The notes beneath the pieces are model-generated. The model was not told the DNA's origin. It was given only the letters and a program-made list of their open reading frames with translations, and did no database searches. From Eledone cirrhosa (Eukaryota): a DNA stretch of 64,000 nucleotides. Shown here one piece after another: positions 55,801 through 62,140 of the stretch. Every line of letters begins with the position of its first letter. Position 1 is the first letter of the stretch. Made by a program: the position numbers and the translations under genes. Location: positions 40,238,001 to 40,302,000 of the forward strand of contig OZ024747.1 in NCBI GenBank assembly GCA_964016885.1, given 5' to 3'.

Positions 55801-56179
55801 ACAAGTCCTGGACTTTAGGAGTAGATCACTCTTTCCTACCTTTGTAAATATTTGTCATGCAATAAACAACAGTTCAACAAATCGCCTTTTGTTCTTATTT
55901 TGCATATAGCTTAATTAAAGCTCTACATGTGCTTTGTATTTCAGTAGAAATATGGTAACAAACGGGTTAAAAAGTATCAGAGAATTTCACTTACTTTAGG
56001 AAAATTAAGAAGTCCAGTTAAGAAATTGCCAGACATTAACTTTAATGCATCAGACCATGAAGGTTTAGGACAATTTAAATCAGGGTCTTTTACAGTGATC
56101 TCCAATCTCCGTTGAAACAATATCAACACAACATCCATAAGTCTCATAATCAAGTGCGGTGGCTTGGCCAATTTACGAA
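1972..56179 (-). CDS. DNAH5: Axonemal dynein heavy chain, DNAH5/DNAH8 (outer-arm) type; partial gene, 20 exons in window
   Basis: 20 exons with GT-AG borders and matching phases give one ~1180 aa frame containing [103 protein letters not shown]. These match DNAH5/8 as recalled; DNAH5 vs DNAH8 orthology cannot be resolved here. Confidence 0.95.
2971..3015 (+). ncRNA. Type I minimal hammerhead ribozyme relic (Penelope-type) followed by AATAAA
   Basis: gct-CCGATGA-a-tccaga(cttccc)tctgga-a-GAAA-c(aatt)g-TC-agc; one core change (CUGA to CCGA). Confidence 0.65.
3240..3450 (+). mobile_element. Tc1/mariner transposase C-terminal relic
   Basis: SDLS..FFLWG / [23 protein letters not shown] / [12 protein letters not shown] with frameshifts. 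Confidence 0.65.
3875..4087 (-). CDS. DNAH5: Dynein HC exon (C-terminal domain)
   Basis: tttcag|VKERLKKMG...[14 protein letters not shown]...WRK|gttagt; 213 nt. Confidence 0.94.
4446..4640. mobile_element. Tc2/pogo-like MITE (decayed)
   Basis: TIR-like TATATACTCAAATATAAGCCAA...TTGGCTTATATTTGCATATA; same body at 50465-50696. Confidence 0.55.
4640..5047 (+). mobile_element. SINE family B: tRNA head + CORE-like domain + RTE-derived body and tail
   Basis: A box TGGCTTAGTGG, B box GAGTTCAATTC, CCTTGAGCAAGACACTT...CAGTTTACTCAGCTGTAGAAATG (MIR/CORE-like); tail nearly identical to the RTE end at 8887-8942. Confidence 0.85.
5430..8942 (+). mobile_element. Near full-length RTE-clade LINE, inactivated (APE endonuclease, RT, PHD-like Cys cluster)
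   Basis: NV.TLTG, QEVRW, YAPQ, AGDFN, IDFLL; [20 protein letters not shown]; many stops/frameshifts; ~95 bp tandem duplication at 5787-5975; (GAT)n tail. Confidence 0.92.
9033..9189 (-). CDS. DNAH5: Dynein HC exon (C-terminal domain)
   Basis: tttcag|.YQTNTAND...[15 protein letters not shown]...KPFD|gtaaat; 157 nt. Confidence 0.94.
9735..9990. repeat. Unclassified interspersed repeat (also 13685-13960; inverted at 15000-15295)
   Basis: Shared AATAGCCAAATAC.GGACTT and AAAATTGGGAGGAGT.CATCCCAC.TGAG.AAGGA blocks. Confidence 0.55.
10278..10389 (-). CDS. DNAH5: Dynein HC exon
   Basis: tactag|..YTIPKCKT...[14 protein letters not shown] ac|gtaaga; 112 nt. Confidence 0.93.
10780..10967 (-). mobile_element. 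SINE family A copy
   Basis: Full length, TSD ttatataaaattataat. Confidence 0.85.
11772..12142. mobile_element. Tc1/mariner-superfamily (pogo-like) MITE
   Basis: TA|CCGTGTTTCCCCTATTATAAGAC...GTCTTATAATAGGAAAAACATGG|TA; 23 bp TIR, 3 mismatches. Confidence 0.8.
12227..12377 (-). CDS. DNAH5: Dynein HC exon (AAA6 lid)
   Basis: aatag|[29 protein letters not shown]...FYS g|gtatgg; 151 nt; absent from the ORF track. Confidence 0.94.
13500..13665 (-). mobile_element. CORE-SINE variant (family B-like head)
   Basis: tRNA head plus CTTGAGCAAAACACTTTATTTCA core, different downstream sequence. Confidence 0.65.
14214..14464. mobile_element. Second TTAA-ended MITE family, decayed (related copies ~31541-31787 and ending at 11082 and 55970)
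   Basis: TTAACC(C/T)TTT...AAAGGG(G)TTAA ends and shared GGATTTAATAAA internal block. Confidence 0.45.
15459..15653 (-). CDS. DNAH5: Dynein HC exon (AAA6)
   Basis: atgcag|EQLD...[22 protein letters not shown]...DPKK|gtaaga; 195 nt. Confidence 0.95.
15866..16063. mobile_element. mariner-type MITE
   Basis: TA|CAAGGGTCAACTAAAAGGTTCATAGG...CCTATAAACTTTTCAGCTGACCCTTG|TA. Confidence 0.8.
16884..17220. mobile_element. RTE (Expander/Rex3-like) fragments: (GAA)n-tailed 3' end on minus joined to EN start on plus
   Basis: (CTT)n-CACCCACTTATT as at 31848 and 53557; then [22 protein letters not shown]...LDIVGVS. Confidence 0.65.
17248..17614 (+). mobile_element. SINE family B copy
   Basis: Same architecture as 4640-5047, head partly duplicated. 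Confidence 0.85.
17640..17804 (-). CDS. DNAH5: Dynein HC exon (AAA6)
   Basis: ctgaag|[17 protein letters not shown]...KFTNEPPQG...ITQ|gtaatg; 165 nt. Confidence 0.92.
17893..18698. repeat. Compound (GGT/GAT)n trinucleotide array
   Basis: Directly visible; fills most of intron 17805-18780. Confidence 0.95.
18781..18920 (-). CDS. DNAH5: Dynein HC exon (AAA6)
   Basis: ttgcag|..[15 protein letters not shown]...[11 protein letters not shown]...VI|gtaagt; 140 nt. Confidence 0.94.
18989..19481. mobile_element. piggyBac-type MITE with internal 60 bp tandem expansion
   Basis: TTAA|CCCTTTAGCATTTA...TAAATGGTAAAGTG|TTAA; ~5 units of ATGTAAATGTTATGTGAGGTAAAGCCTTTACC... Confidence 0.75.
20175..21852 (+). 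mobile_element. 5'-truncated RTE LINE, second subfamily, with long composite 3' UTR
   Basis: [40 protein letters not shown]-like Cys cluster, RLRWYGHV; (GAT)n tail. Confidence 0.92.
22008..22184 (+). mobile_element. SINE family A copy
   Basis: Matches 1245-1430. Confidence 0.85.
22264..22399 (-). CDS. DNAH5: Dynein HC exon (AAA6)
   Basis: ttatag|[10 protein letters not shown]...[14 protein letters not shown]...KAI a|gtaagt; 136 nt. Confidence 0.93.
22549..22584 (+). ncRNA. Hammerhead-like relic
   Basis: CTGATGA-a-ggac(tagt)gtct-GAAAC-tttaagac; helix III degenerate. Confidence 0.5.
23342..23408 (+). ncRNA. Type I hammerhead ribozyme, apparently complete
   Basis: tattttat-CTGACGA-aggcatgccatatt(ttt)aatatggtatccct-GAAA-t(atgt)a-TA-atgaaata; 8 bp helix I, long helix II. 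Confidence 0.75.
23505..23566 (-). ncRNA. Hammerhead ribozyme, inverted partner of 23342-23408
   Basis: tattttat-CTGATGA-aagtgcaccaag(attgg)cttggttgccctt-GAAA-t(atat)a-TA; helix I weak. Confidence 0.65.
23897..24250 (+). mobile_element. CORE-SINE variant (family B head, different body, RTE-type tail remnant)
   Basis: TGGCTTAGTGG, GAGTTCAATTC, CORE; ends GCATGGAAAATGGATGTTAAATGGTGATGATG. Confidence 0.65.
24313..25201 (+). mobile_element. Non-autonomous Helitron
   Basis: A|TCTATATATATAAAA start; GC hairpin CCCGGGCAACGCCGGG just before CTAG|T; internal duplication (24327 and 24595 blocks). Confidence 0.85.
25649..25816 (-). CDS. DNAH5: Dynein HC exon
   Basis: attaag|AWKHWFD...[12 protein letters not shown]...MGPE|gtttgt; 168 nt. 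Confidence 0.9.
27020..27135. repeat. Near-perfect palindrome, 56 bp arms, 4 nt spacer
   Basis: TTGTTGTCTTGCCAT...GGAAAGT-TAAT-ACTTTCC...ATGGCAAGACAACAA, 3 mismatches. Confidence 0.9.
27192..27331 (-). CDS. DNAH5: Dynein HC exon
   Basis: ttacag|..[25 protein letters not shown]...RNDK|gtaaga; 140 nt. Confidence 0.93.
27608..28023 (-). mobile_element. Two SINE family A copies (old 27608-27815, young 27838-28023)
   Basis: Young copy has TSD cacataataataataa. Confidence 0.8.
28068..28373 (-). CDS. DNAH5: Dynein HC exon
   Basis: tacag|..ATQGSIAYF...[10 protein letters not shown]...DKFLFTLLL...FIK g|gtaac; 306 nt. Confidence 0.94.
28720..28940 (+). mobile_element. Penelope-associated terminal sequence relic
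   Basis: Homologous to 59635-59860 (TTAGCTTG.TCGTTTTTT, ATTGCTCTGG, AAATACGAT(T)CTCGCTGAA then (TA)n). Confidence 0.55.
29150..31166. repeat. ~2 kb [GAA(TA)n] array ending in (GA)n
   Basis: Directly visible. Confidence 0.95.
31269..31512 (-). CDS. DNAH5: Dynein HC exon (buttress)
   Basis: ttccag|[10 protein letters not shown]...[10 protein letters not shown]...AREEFRP g|gtaaat; 244 nt. Confidence 0.94.
31848..32400 (-). mobile_element. RTE (Expander/Rex3-like) 3' fragment, (GAA)n tail
   Basis: LLLH..ERS.L.YCGHV...[21 protein letters not shown]; sibling at 53557-54200. Confidence 0.75.
32723..32910 (-). mobile_element. SINE family A copy
   Basis: TSD tttgacaata(t/c)aaataat. Confidence 0.85.
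33677..33859 (-). CDS. DNAH5: Dynein HC exon (AAA5)
   Basis: ttccag|VKIGDKEVD...FRLYITTKL...IIDFTVT...GLEDQLL...EKQ|gtaaat; 183 nt; absent from the ORF track. Confidence 0.94.
34015..34340 (-). mobile_element. CORE-SINE with alternative body and tail (sibling 42590-42872)
   Basis: Family B-like head/CORE then TGCCAAGCTGTGTTGGCC...ATGGTCATTCATGACTGAAGAGGG. Confidence 0.75.
34363..34733 (-). mobile_element. Tandem dimer of SINE family A
   Basis: Two copies, each preceded by ataatattagttaat. Confidence 0.85.
35009..35160 (+). mobile_element. mariner relic
   Basis: TATGAAGGAATGTTGAAAAGTTCCTGGC TIR-like start; FTGLRKLKDQC...GEYVE* C-terminus. Confidence 0.55.
35175..35503 (+). mobile_element. 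SINE family B copy
   Basis: Full architecture. Confidence 0.85.
35505..36300 (-). mobile_element. Old RTE LINE fragment
   Basis: Decayed similarity to the RT C-terminal part of 20175-21540 (YADD-like tgtatgctgatga; AGTTCAGGGAGC). Confidence 0.55.
36477..37140. repeat. Hairpin (36477-36587, ~50 bp arms) plus ~125 bp direct repeat (36573-36697 / 37016-37140)
   Basis: TAGACCGTCTAAAATAA...TTATTTTAGACGGTCTA; repeated AAATTGAGATTTT...AAATAACTTTTTAATTGATA. Confidence 0.75.
37208..41088 (+). mobile_element. Tx1/L1-clade LINE, 5'-truncated, ORF2 nearly complete with few lesions
   Basis: EN ([31 protein letters not shown]); RT ([39 protein letters not shown]); CCHC knuckle ([16 protein letters not shown]); AATAAA end; clearly GC-richer than the flanks. 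Confidence 0.92.
42032..42140. ncRNA. Head-to-head pair of hammerhead-like motifs forming a 49 bp-arm inverted repeat
   Basis: Minus: CTGATGA-tttcatatgaat-GAAA-cagctc-TA-gtcc; plus copy with core mutations; third copy at 45010-45060; helix III atypical. Confidence 0.55.
43457..43612 (-). CDS. DNAH5: Dynein HC exon (AAA5)
   Basis: aacag|[18 protein letters not shown]...GTNFK|gtaaga; 156 nt. Confidence 0.94.
43696..44989 (-). mobile_element. 5'-truncated RTE LINE, same subfamily as 5430-8942
   Basis: [26 protein letters not shown]; same tail. Confidence 0.9.
45133..47937 (+). mobile_element. Penelope-like element (RT + GIY-YIG C-terminal part), decayed, flanked by 114 bp inverted repeats
   Basis: [28 protein letters not shown]...[24 protein letters not shown]...PKLNRKNEW; hammerhead remnant CTGATGA-tgtcaca(gatg)tgtgac at 47713. 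Confidence 0.85.
48455..48649 (-). CDS. DNAH5: Dynein HC exon (AAA5)
   Basis: ctccag|KVNIIAML...[10 protein letters not shown]...[10 protein letters not shown]...NELQ|gtatgt; 195 nt. Confidence 0.94.
48677..49260. repeat. 54 bp minisatellite, ~11 units
   Basis: GGTTATAATGATGA(C/T)GGCACCAATGGTTATGATATTGATGTTGATGATGGTGAT. Confidence 0.95.
49447..49890. repeat. Compound (GTA/GTG)n array
   Basis: Directly visible. Confidence 0.95.
49965..50222 (-). CDS. DNAH5: Dynein HC exon
   Basis: acaaag|[13 protein letters not shown]...[13 protein letters not shown]...IPFTP|gtaaga; 258 nt. Confidence 0.92.
50465..50696. mobile_element. Tc2/pogo-like MITE (decayed) with poly-C
   Basis: Shares GCAAAAATCCAAACC and CAAAATATTGACCCC with 4446-4640. 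Confidence 0.55.
51393..51530 (-). CDS. DNAH5: Dynein HC exon (stalk CC2)
   Basis: ttatag|[10 protein letters not shown]...[12 protein letters not shown]...KKQ|gtaatt; 138 nt. Confidence 0.93.
52345..52640 (+). mobile_element. Decayed SINE (GGCACCTT..GCAAGTGTCTTCT core, (TG)n)
   Basis: CORE-like block followed by GACCAA.GCC...GAAA..GCAGAAGCC and TG repeats. Confidence 0.5.
52829..53220 (-). mobile_element. Tandem dimer of SINE family A, ending 12 nt from an exon
   Basis: Two copies, each preceded by catttctcagaaaat. Confidence 0.85.
53233..53400 (-). CDS. DNAH5: Dynein HC exon (MTBD/CC2)
   Basis: tttag|[11 protein letters not shown]...[15 protein letters not shown]...KEVLPLK|gtaagt; 168 nt. 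Confidence 0.93.
53557..54200 (-). mobile_element. RTE (Expander/Rex3-like) 3' fragment, (GAA)n tail
   Basis: Homologous to 31848-32400. Confidence 0.75.
54683..54909. mobile_element. piggyBac-type MITE, inverted relative to 569-784
   Basis: TTAA ends, same body. Confidence 0.7.
55174..55590 (+). mobile_element. CRE-like (RLE) non-LTR retrotransposon 3' fragment
   Basis: [18 protein letters not shown]...[15 protein letters not shown] resembles the CRE C-terminal P.A.E..G..G...QR.S.A..R.NA; GC-rich; followed by T-rich/(TAT)n. Confidence 0.65.
55995..56179 (-). CDS. DNAH5: Dynein HC exon (stalk/MTBD)
   Basis: tttcag|..[15 protein letters not shown]...LLNFPK|gtaagt; 185 nt. Confidence 0.93.
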
Positions 56180-56488
56180 CTGAAACATAAAAAGATCATT
56201 AAAAATGATGCCTCTATAACCTAAAGCAGTTTTCAAATACTATTCAATTATTGAATCTATCACGTTCACAAAAACGTCTAAAGTCTGTCTCAAGCTTGGA
56301 TGTTTATCAGGCTGGTGTTTGTCTCAGTTTCTGTGATGTTAAGTGACTGAGAGTAAAAGCTTCCTCCTTGAACAGATGCCAGTCCATCACAGTGTTAAAG
56401 GCAGTCATGAACATAAATGCTCATCAGGCCAGTGCTTATCCCAGTTTCCATGCATTAAGAGAGATGATGATTAAATACTTATATATAT

Positions 56489-56836
56489 ATCATCATCATC
56501 ATCATCATTTCATTTTACGTCCGCTTTTTCCCTGCTTGCAAGGGTGGGACGGGAACTGATGCTGGCTTGATTTCTACAGCTGGATGCCCTTCCTAACACC
56601 AACCTCATTTACAGTGAGTGCTGGGTGCTTTTTTGCCGTGGCACCTCCACGACCACTTTGCAGTGGAATGATAGGGACCCCAGTCCCTATCATCTCATTT
56701 CTACAGCTGAGTAAACTGGAGCAATGTGAAATAAAGTGTCTTGCTCAAGGAAACAACACATCACCCGGTCTGAGAATTGAACTCACAATCTTTTGATTGC
56801 AAGGCCAATGCTCTAACCACTAAGCCATGTGCCTCC
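56489..56836 (-). mobile_element. SINE family B copy
   Basis: Full architecture, inside a TA-rich tract. Confidence 0.85.
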
Positions 56837-56838
56837 AC

Positions 56839-56871
<33 letters not shown>

Positions 56872-56876
56872 CATAC

Positions 56877-56907
<31 letters not shown>

Positions 56908-57559
56908 CATACATATATACATACATATATATATATATATACATATATGGTGGCTGCCAACTCGTTTTCGAGTACGGCCACTACTTTATATCCATGTAGG
57001 AGAACGCCTACCGATGCGCTAAACAAGTGTGACTTTTTAGTCCAGCCAGTGACTTGAAAACTCTGGTACAAACACTACACTTGTGACAATTATTGACACA
57101 TAGTGCTGGGCCCTTGGTACCATGTGATGACAAGTGCAGAGAGATCTCCAGATATAAAGCAATGCCTGTGCCGTGAAGCTTTTATAGTGAGCAAAGGCAC
57201 TGCTCAAAGCCAGTCCCACTCTCTTAACCAAGATGATATTTACCAAAAAGAAGAACAAGTCAACATCATTGGATACCATCAGAGTTGCAGGTGTTATATC
57301 AGAGTTTTCCTTCTCCTAGAATTCTGCCTTGACAAAGGCTAAGGGGTCATCTCTCCCGGTGATTTTGGATGGCCATTGACTCTTAAGAGCTCCTTTGCCC
57401 TTTGACAGGTTTTGTTTTTAGTCCTGCAGGATGTCCAAAGTCACCCTCCTCACCAAGAAACCTTGGTCGGGTTGCCAGTTTAGTCGCCAACGACCCGACC
57501 ATGAGACAGGTTGTACTGGGATACATGTTACCAGTAGCACCAACTGGTGACCTGACATA

Positions 57560-59860
57560 TATATATATATATAATAGTAGAACACTGGAGGGTTATATCC
57601 ATAGTAGTAGAGCACTTAGTCAATGGGACGAGTTTGGTAGAAGTAGTTCCACAACAGTTAGTTCACTATACTGAGAACAATTGTTTCACCTTATTCGGGT
57701 CATCAGCTTGGTTTGAATGAAGTTGTACAGAAAAGGAAAAACAACTGTACGAGTACGCATGCGCAGAAAGTCACTTCTCCTAGGCGAGGTAACCCCACGA
57801 CCGATCACTGTTAGAGATAACTGTGGATGTCCGGAAAAAATTATTCAAGTTATTCAGAATATTATAGATTGTTGTTGTTAGTCAATCTGGAGCTTTGTAA
57901 TTATGTAATAGGTGTTTGCAGACATATGGACAACGGGAAAAAAGTTCATTCCTTGAAGTTAGGCAATCGTTATTACATAATCTTCTCAGGATATTGATCC
58001 TTTCTTCAGTGCACAGTCCACAAGACGGATTTCACCTTGCGTATGGCTTGGACTTAGTAATAGCTTTCTATTGGATTGAGTAGTCTACGCCCGAGTCTTT
58101 GAGGGACCATACGTGGCTCACGAGTTTCGTGATCAATCGTCCGGGTGTCTAAAGGTCAACTGATGGTTCAGGAAGCGTTCCTTAAACCAGCCCGCCGCCA
58201 TACCTACATAGGATTTGTGTGTTGCATTGTTGTTGAAGGGGACAAGCTTCATGCTTTCGGCAAGAGCATCCTGGTGGGGTGCTTCTCTTAGGGCTGTTGG
58301 TAATGTGGATGTTCATATTCTTAGCACAGGAGTATCCTAGTTTCACCCTGTGTCTGTTAAAGATGGAGCAGTATTTATGACCTATGGTAAAGTGTCTATA
58401 TAAGAGAACTAATTTTTTTTCCTACATTAGTTTTAACGTTGAGTGAGAAGGAGGCAGAGAACCAGACAGTTTTTCTATTAACGCGATTTCTTTTCCTATT
58501 GCTGTTGGTGTTAGCGGGGGAGTAAGTAATTGGTTGCGAGAAGCCGTTGTTAGCTAATGCTGTGTTGTAGTAGGGTCCCCTCCTGTCAATGATTGCTTTA
58601 TTAGAGGAGAGGTTAGAGATTCTAGTACCGATTATTATTCACGAAGTTTCTAAAAACTGTAGGAGGGTGGCATGAGTCCTTGTGTATGTAATTAAGTTTT
58701 ACATTTAGTTTATGGAAGGGTCTAAAGGTGTGTGTGTGTGAAGATCTAAACTTATGTCTAAGTAATCTACGCTATTGAGGTTAGTAGCTACCTATCCTAA
58801 GTCCTAACTCATTAAAAGTAGTAATTAAATCTTTTTTAATAGGGTCCAGGTCGTGACCACTTTTATGGCTCGATAGGGTCAGACCATCATCGCGGTATAA
58901 TCCCGTGTGGATGTCCGGGAATCTAGTACGTAATATATCTAAAATAAATAAGCCAACCAAGTCGCATACATGAGCACTGTCGAATGATCCCATTGAGACG
59001 TTGAATAGTTCTGAAGTAGTCGACATCTTTGACCAGACTACTCGTTGTCGAAGAGGAGGGTTTTCCAGCAATGTGCAATGATCTCCCTGTCTAAATCATG
59101 GACGGCAGTGTAAGTGGTAGCAATGTCCAATGCTTTGTTCTCTAAGATCGACAGGTAAAAATCCACAATGTCAAATTGAGTGAACTTCGCTTTTTTGAAG
59201 TTGAAAGAGTTAAACCAGTTAATGACGGAATCACTGTTCTCCCATTAGGACAGGTTGGACTTAGTCTTAATGGTCTTAACTATGTTCCCAGGCCTTATTG
59301 ACTAGTCCCATCTCCACGTGTTCCGGGTCTAGTAGTCTACACGTGGGATTGGAAGCAAAGTCTACCTTGTGATCCTTAAGGGTGAGAAATGCCTCGCGCT
59401 TAGCATTGGAGTTTCTTATCTACCTTAATGGTGGCAGCAAGGTGTTTGGCTTCTGTATTGATGTCATAGTAGGCCGTGGGGTTATCCTTCTTATATTTAG
59501 AGATTATGGCGTTACGTGCCTGTTTCTGCACATGCGTATTCGTACGGTTGTTTTTCCTTTTCCGTACAACTTCATTCAGCCTGAGGTGAGGATCCGCATA
59601 TGGTGAAACATTTGTTCTCGGTATTTCATTCCTTTAATTTGTTTGACCCGCTTAGCTTGCTCGTTTTTTTTTGGCTTAGGTGGTTAATAGCTTCTTAACC
59701 GCCGTCTCAGTGTGTATGGCCTTTAAAACATATGTTTATTGCTCTGGTCTCTTTTGGTCCATGGAACACTTGCCAACACAAATCGGAAATTACGTTTCGC
59801 TTATTTCTACCCACCGAAATACGATTCTCGCTGAATTTATATTTATATTTATATATATAT
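57560..59860 (-). mobile_element. Penelope-like element, Naiad-type, decayed, with inverted hammerhead-bearing terminal repeats
   Basis: FDIVDFY, FNVSMGSFDSAHVCDLVGL, GLYRDDGL, WFSASFSLNVKTNVG, IFNRHRVKLGYSC, SYVGM...FKERFLNH, LCTEE...SRNELFSRC; repeat at 57668-57770(-) equals 59522-59623(+). Confidence 0.85.
57668..57712 (-). ncRNA. Type I hammerhead ribozyme in the PLE terminal repeat
   Basis: ccaag-CTGATGA-cccgaataaggt-GAAA-c(aatt)g-TT-ctcag; partner at 59581-59621(+) has intact helix I but mutated core. Confidence 0.7.
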
Positions 59861-59927
59861 ATCATTATTCATCATCATTTCATTTTATGTCCGCATTTCC
59901 CTGCTTGCAAGGGTGGGACGGGAACTG

Positions 59928-60782
59928 AAGGAGAGATATGGGAGAGAGAAGGAGAGATATAGCTGAGAGAGAAGGAGAGATATAGCTAGAGAGAGAAGGA
60001 GAGATATGGGAGAGAGAAGGAGAGATATAGCTGAGAGAGAAGGAGAGATATTTCTGAGAGAGAAGGAGAGATATGGGCAGAGAGAAGGAGAGAGATGGGA
60101 GAGAGAAGGAGAGATATAGCTAGAGAGAGAAGGAGAGATATGGGCAGAGAGAAGGAGAGAGATGGGAGAGAGAAGGAGAGATATAGCTGAGAGAGAAGGA
60201 GAGATATAGTTAGAGCTAGAGAGAGAAGGAGAGATATGGGAGAGAGAAGGAAAGAAATAGCTGAGAGAGAAGGAGAGATATAGCTAGAGAGAGAAGGAGA
60301 GATATGGGAGAGAGAAGGAGAGATATAGCTGAGAGAGAAGGAGAGATATGGGCAGAGAGAAGGAGAGAGATGGGAGAGAGAAGGAGAGATATAGCTGAGA
60401 GAGGAGAGATATGGGCAGAGAGAGAAGGAGAGATATGGGCAGAGAGAAGGAGAGATATGGGCAGAGAGAAGGAGAGAGATGGGAAGAGAGGAGAGATATA
60501 GCTAGAGAGAAGGAGAGAGATGAGGAGAGAGAAGGAGAGATAGGGAGGGAGAGAGAGGAGAGAGATGTGGGGAGAGAGAAGGAGAAAGATGGGGAGAGAG
60601 AGCAGAAGAGATATGGGGAGAGAGGAGAGAGAGAGATGGGGAGAGAGAAGGAGAGGTATGGGGAGAGAGAAGGAGAGAGATGGGAAGAGAGAAGGAGAGA
60701 GATATGGGGAGAGAGAAGGGAAGATAGGGAGGGAGAGAGAAGGAGAGAGATGGGGAGGGAGAGAGAAGGAGAGAGGGGGAAA
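59928..60782. repeat. Polypurine GA-rich minisatellite (~20-22 bp units)
   Basis: GAGAGAAGGAGAGATAT(GG/AGCT) units. Confidence 0.95.
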
Positions 60783-60936
60783 GTGACACAGATGGATGGA
60801 CCAGCCAACAAACAGTCAAAGATAGAAATAAATAATTAAATAACTAAATAGATAATAGATAGACAGAGCAAAAGAAAGAAAGAAAGAAGGAACGGTGGAT
60901 AGATAGATAGATAGATAAATAAATAGATAGCTATAT

Positions 60937-61269
60937 ATCATCATCATCATCATTTTACGTCCGCTTTTCCCTGCTTGCAAGGGTGGGATGGGAACTGATT
61001 CTGGCTTGATTTCTACAGCTGGATGCCCTCCCTGACACCAACCTCTTTTTCAGTGAGTACTTGTTGCTTTTTTACCATGGCACCTCCACGACCACTTTGC
61101 AGTGGAATGATATGGACCCCAGTCCCTATCATCTCATTTCTACAGCTAAGTAAACTGGAGCAATGTGAAATAAAGTGTCTTGCTCAAGGAAACAACACAT
61201 CACCCAGTCTGAGAATTGAACTCACAACATTTCGATTGCAAGGCCAATGCTCTAACCACTAAGCCATGC
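60937..61269 (-). mobile_element. SINE family B copy
   Basis: Full architecture. Confidence 0.85.
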
Positions 61270-61636
61270 TTTATATATATTATAAAGTAAAATGACTGGA
61301 GGCCAGACAAGTTGAATTCCCTTAATTATTTATTCCTGCAAACACTATGCACATTTCAGTGGCCAGGTTACGTATGAACCCGGTGATATTATCAGGTATA
61401 TATTGCGTATTAGTTGTATACCAAAGGAATGATGGTAAACACATTCCAATGGGCTTTAAGGAAAAGGCAAAGAAAAAACGTGTTTTTGTTTTTGACTCAG
61501 AGATGATTGTGGTAGCATGTTGTCATTTCCCCTCCACCAGCTTGATTCAACATCAAAGATGGACGAGTTGCCTAATGTCGAGTGCTTTCTCCATATTACA
61601 TCATGATTAACATGTGGTGAACCACCTAATTTAAAC

Positions 61637-61682
<46 letters not shown>

Positions 61683-61889
61683 AAGCTCCCTATATGTCTC
61701 ATGGGACAATCTGCACCTCAAAGGTTTCTATCCAAGTTACAAACCACGTCAAAATGAAACATAGAGGTAATCTTTTGACCCATAGTCTCAGAACATGGCA
61801 AGCCATCCAACCCAGTCATGGAAAATCGATGTGAAATAGTGATGAGGTTGATGATGATGATATATACTTATGAATAAATACATATACAC

Positions 61890-62140
61890 ATATATGCATG
61901 TATGTATGAATTTGTGTGTATATGTGTGTGTGTGTGTGTATGTATGTGTATGTGCAAGTATGCATGTGTGTGTACGTATGTAAGCATGCATGTATGTGTG
62001 TGTGTGTGTGTGTATGTGTGCATGTATGTATGTAGATGTGCATGTATGTACACGTGTGTGTGTGTGTGTATGTATTTAAGTACGTATGTATGTCTGCATG
62101 CATGTGTGTATATATGAATGCATGTATGTATGTGTGTGTA
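61890..62140. repeat. Degenerate (TG/TA)n microsatellite
   Basis: Directly visible; similar tracts at 12640-12750 and 26120-26285. Confidence 0.9.

Noticed and set aside
57712-57920. SECIS element in the Naiad-type PLE (some Naiads encode selenoproteins)
   Set aside because: No AUGA...AA...GA kink-turn hairpin visible between the ORF end and the hammerhead; copy too decayed to call Sec codons
4653-61262. Recurrent ~80 aa ORF ...[23 protein letters not shown]... (5 copies)
   Set aside because: Antisense reading of SINE B; similarity reflects repeat identity, not a gene family
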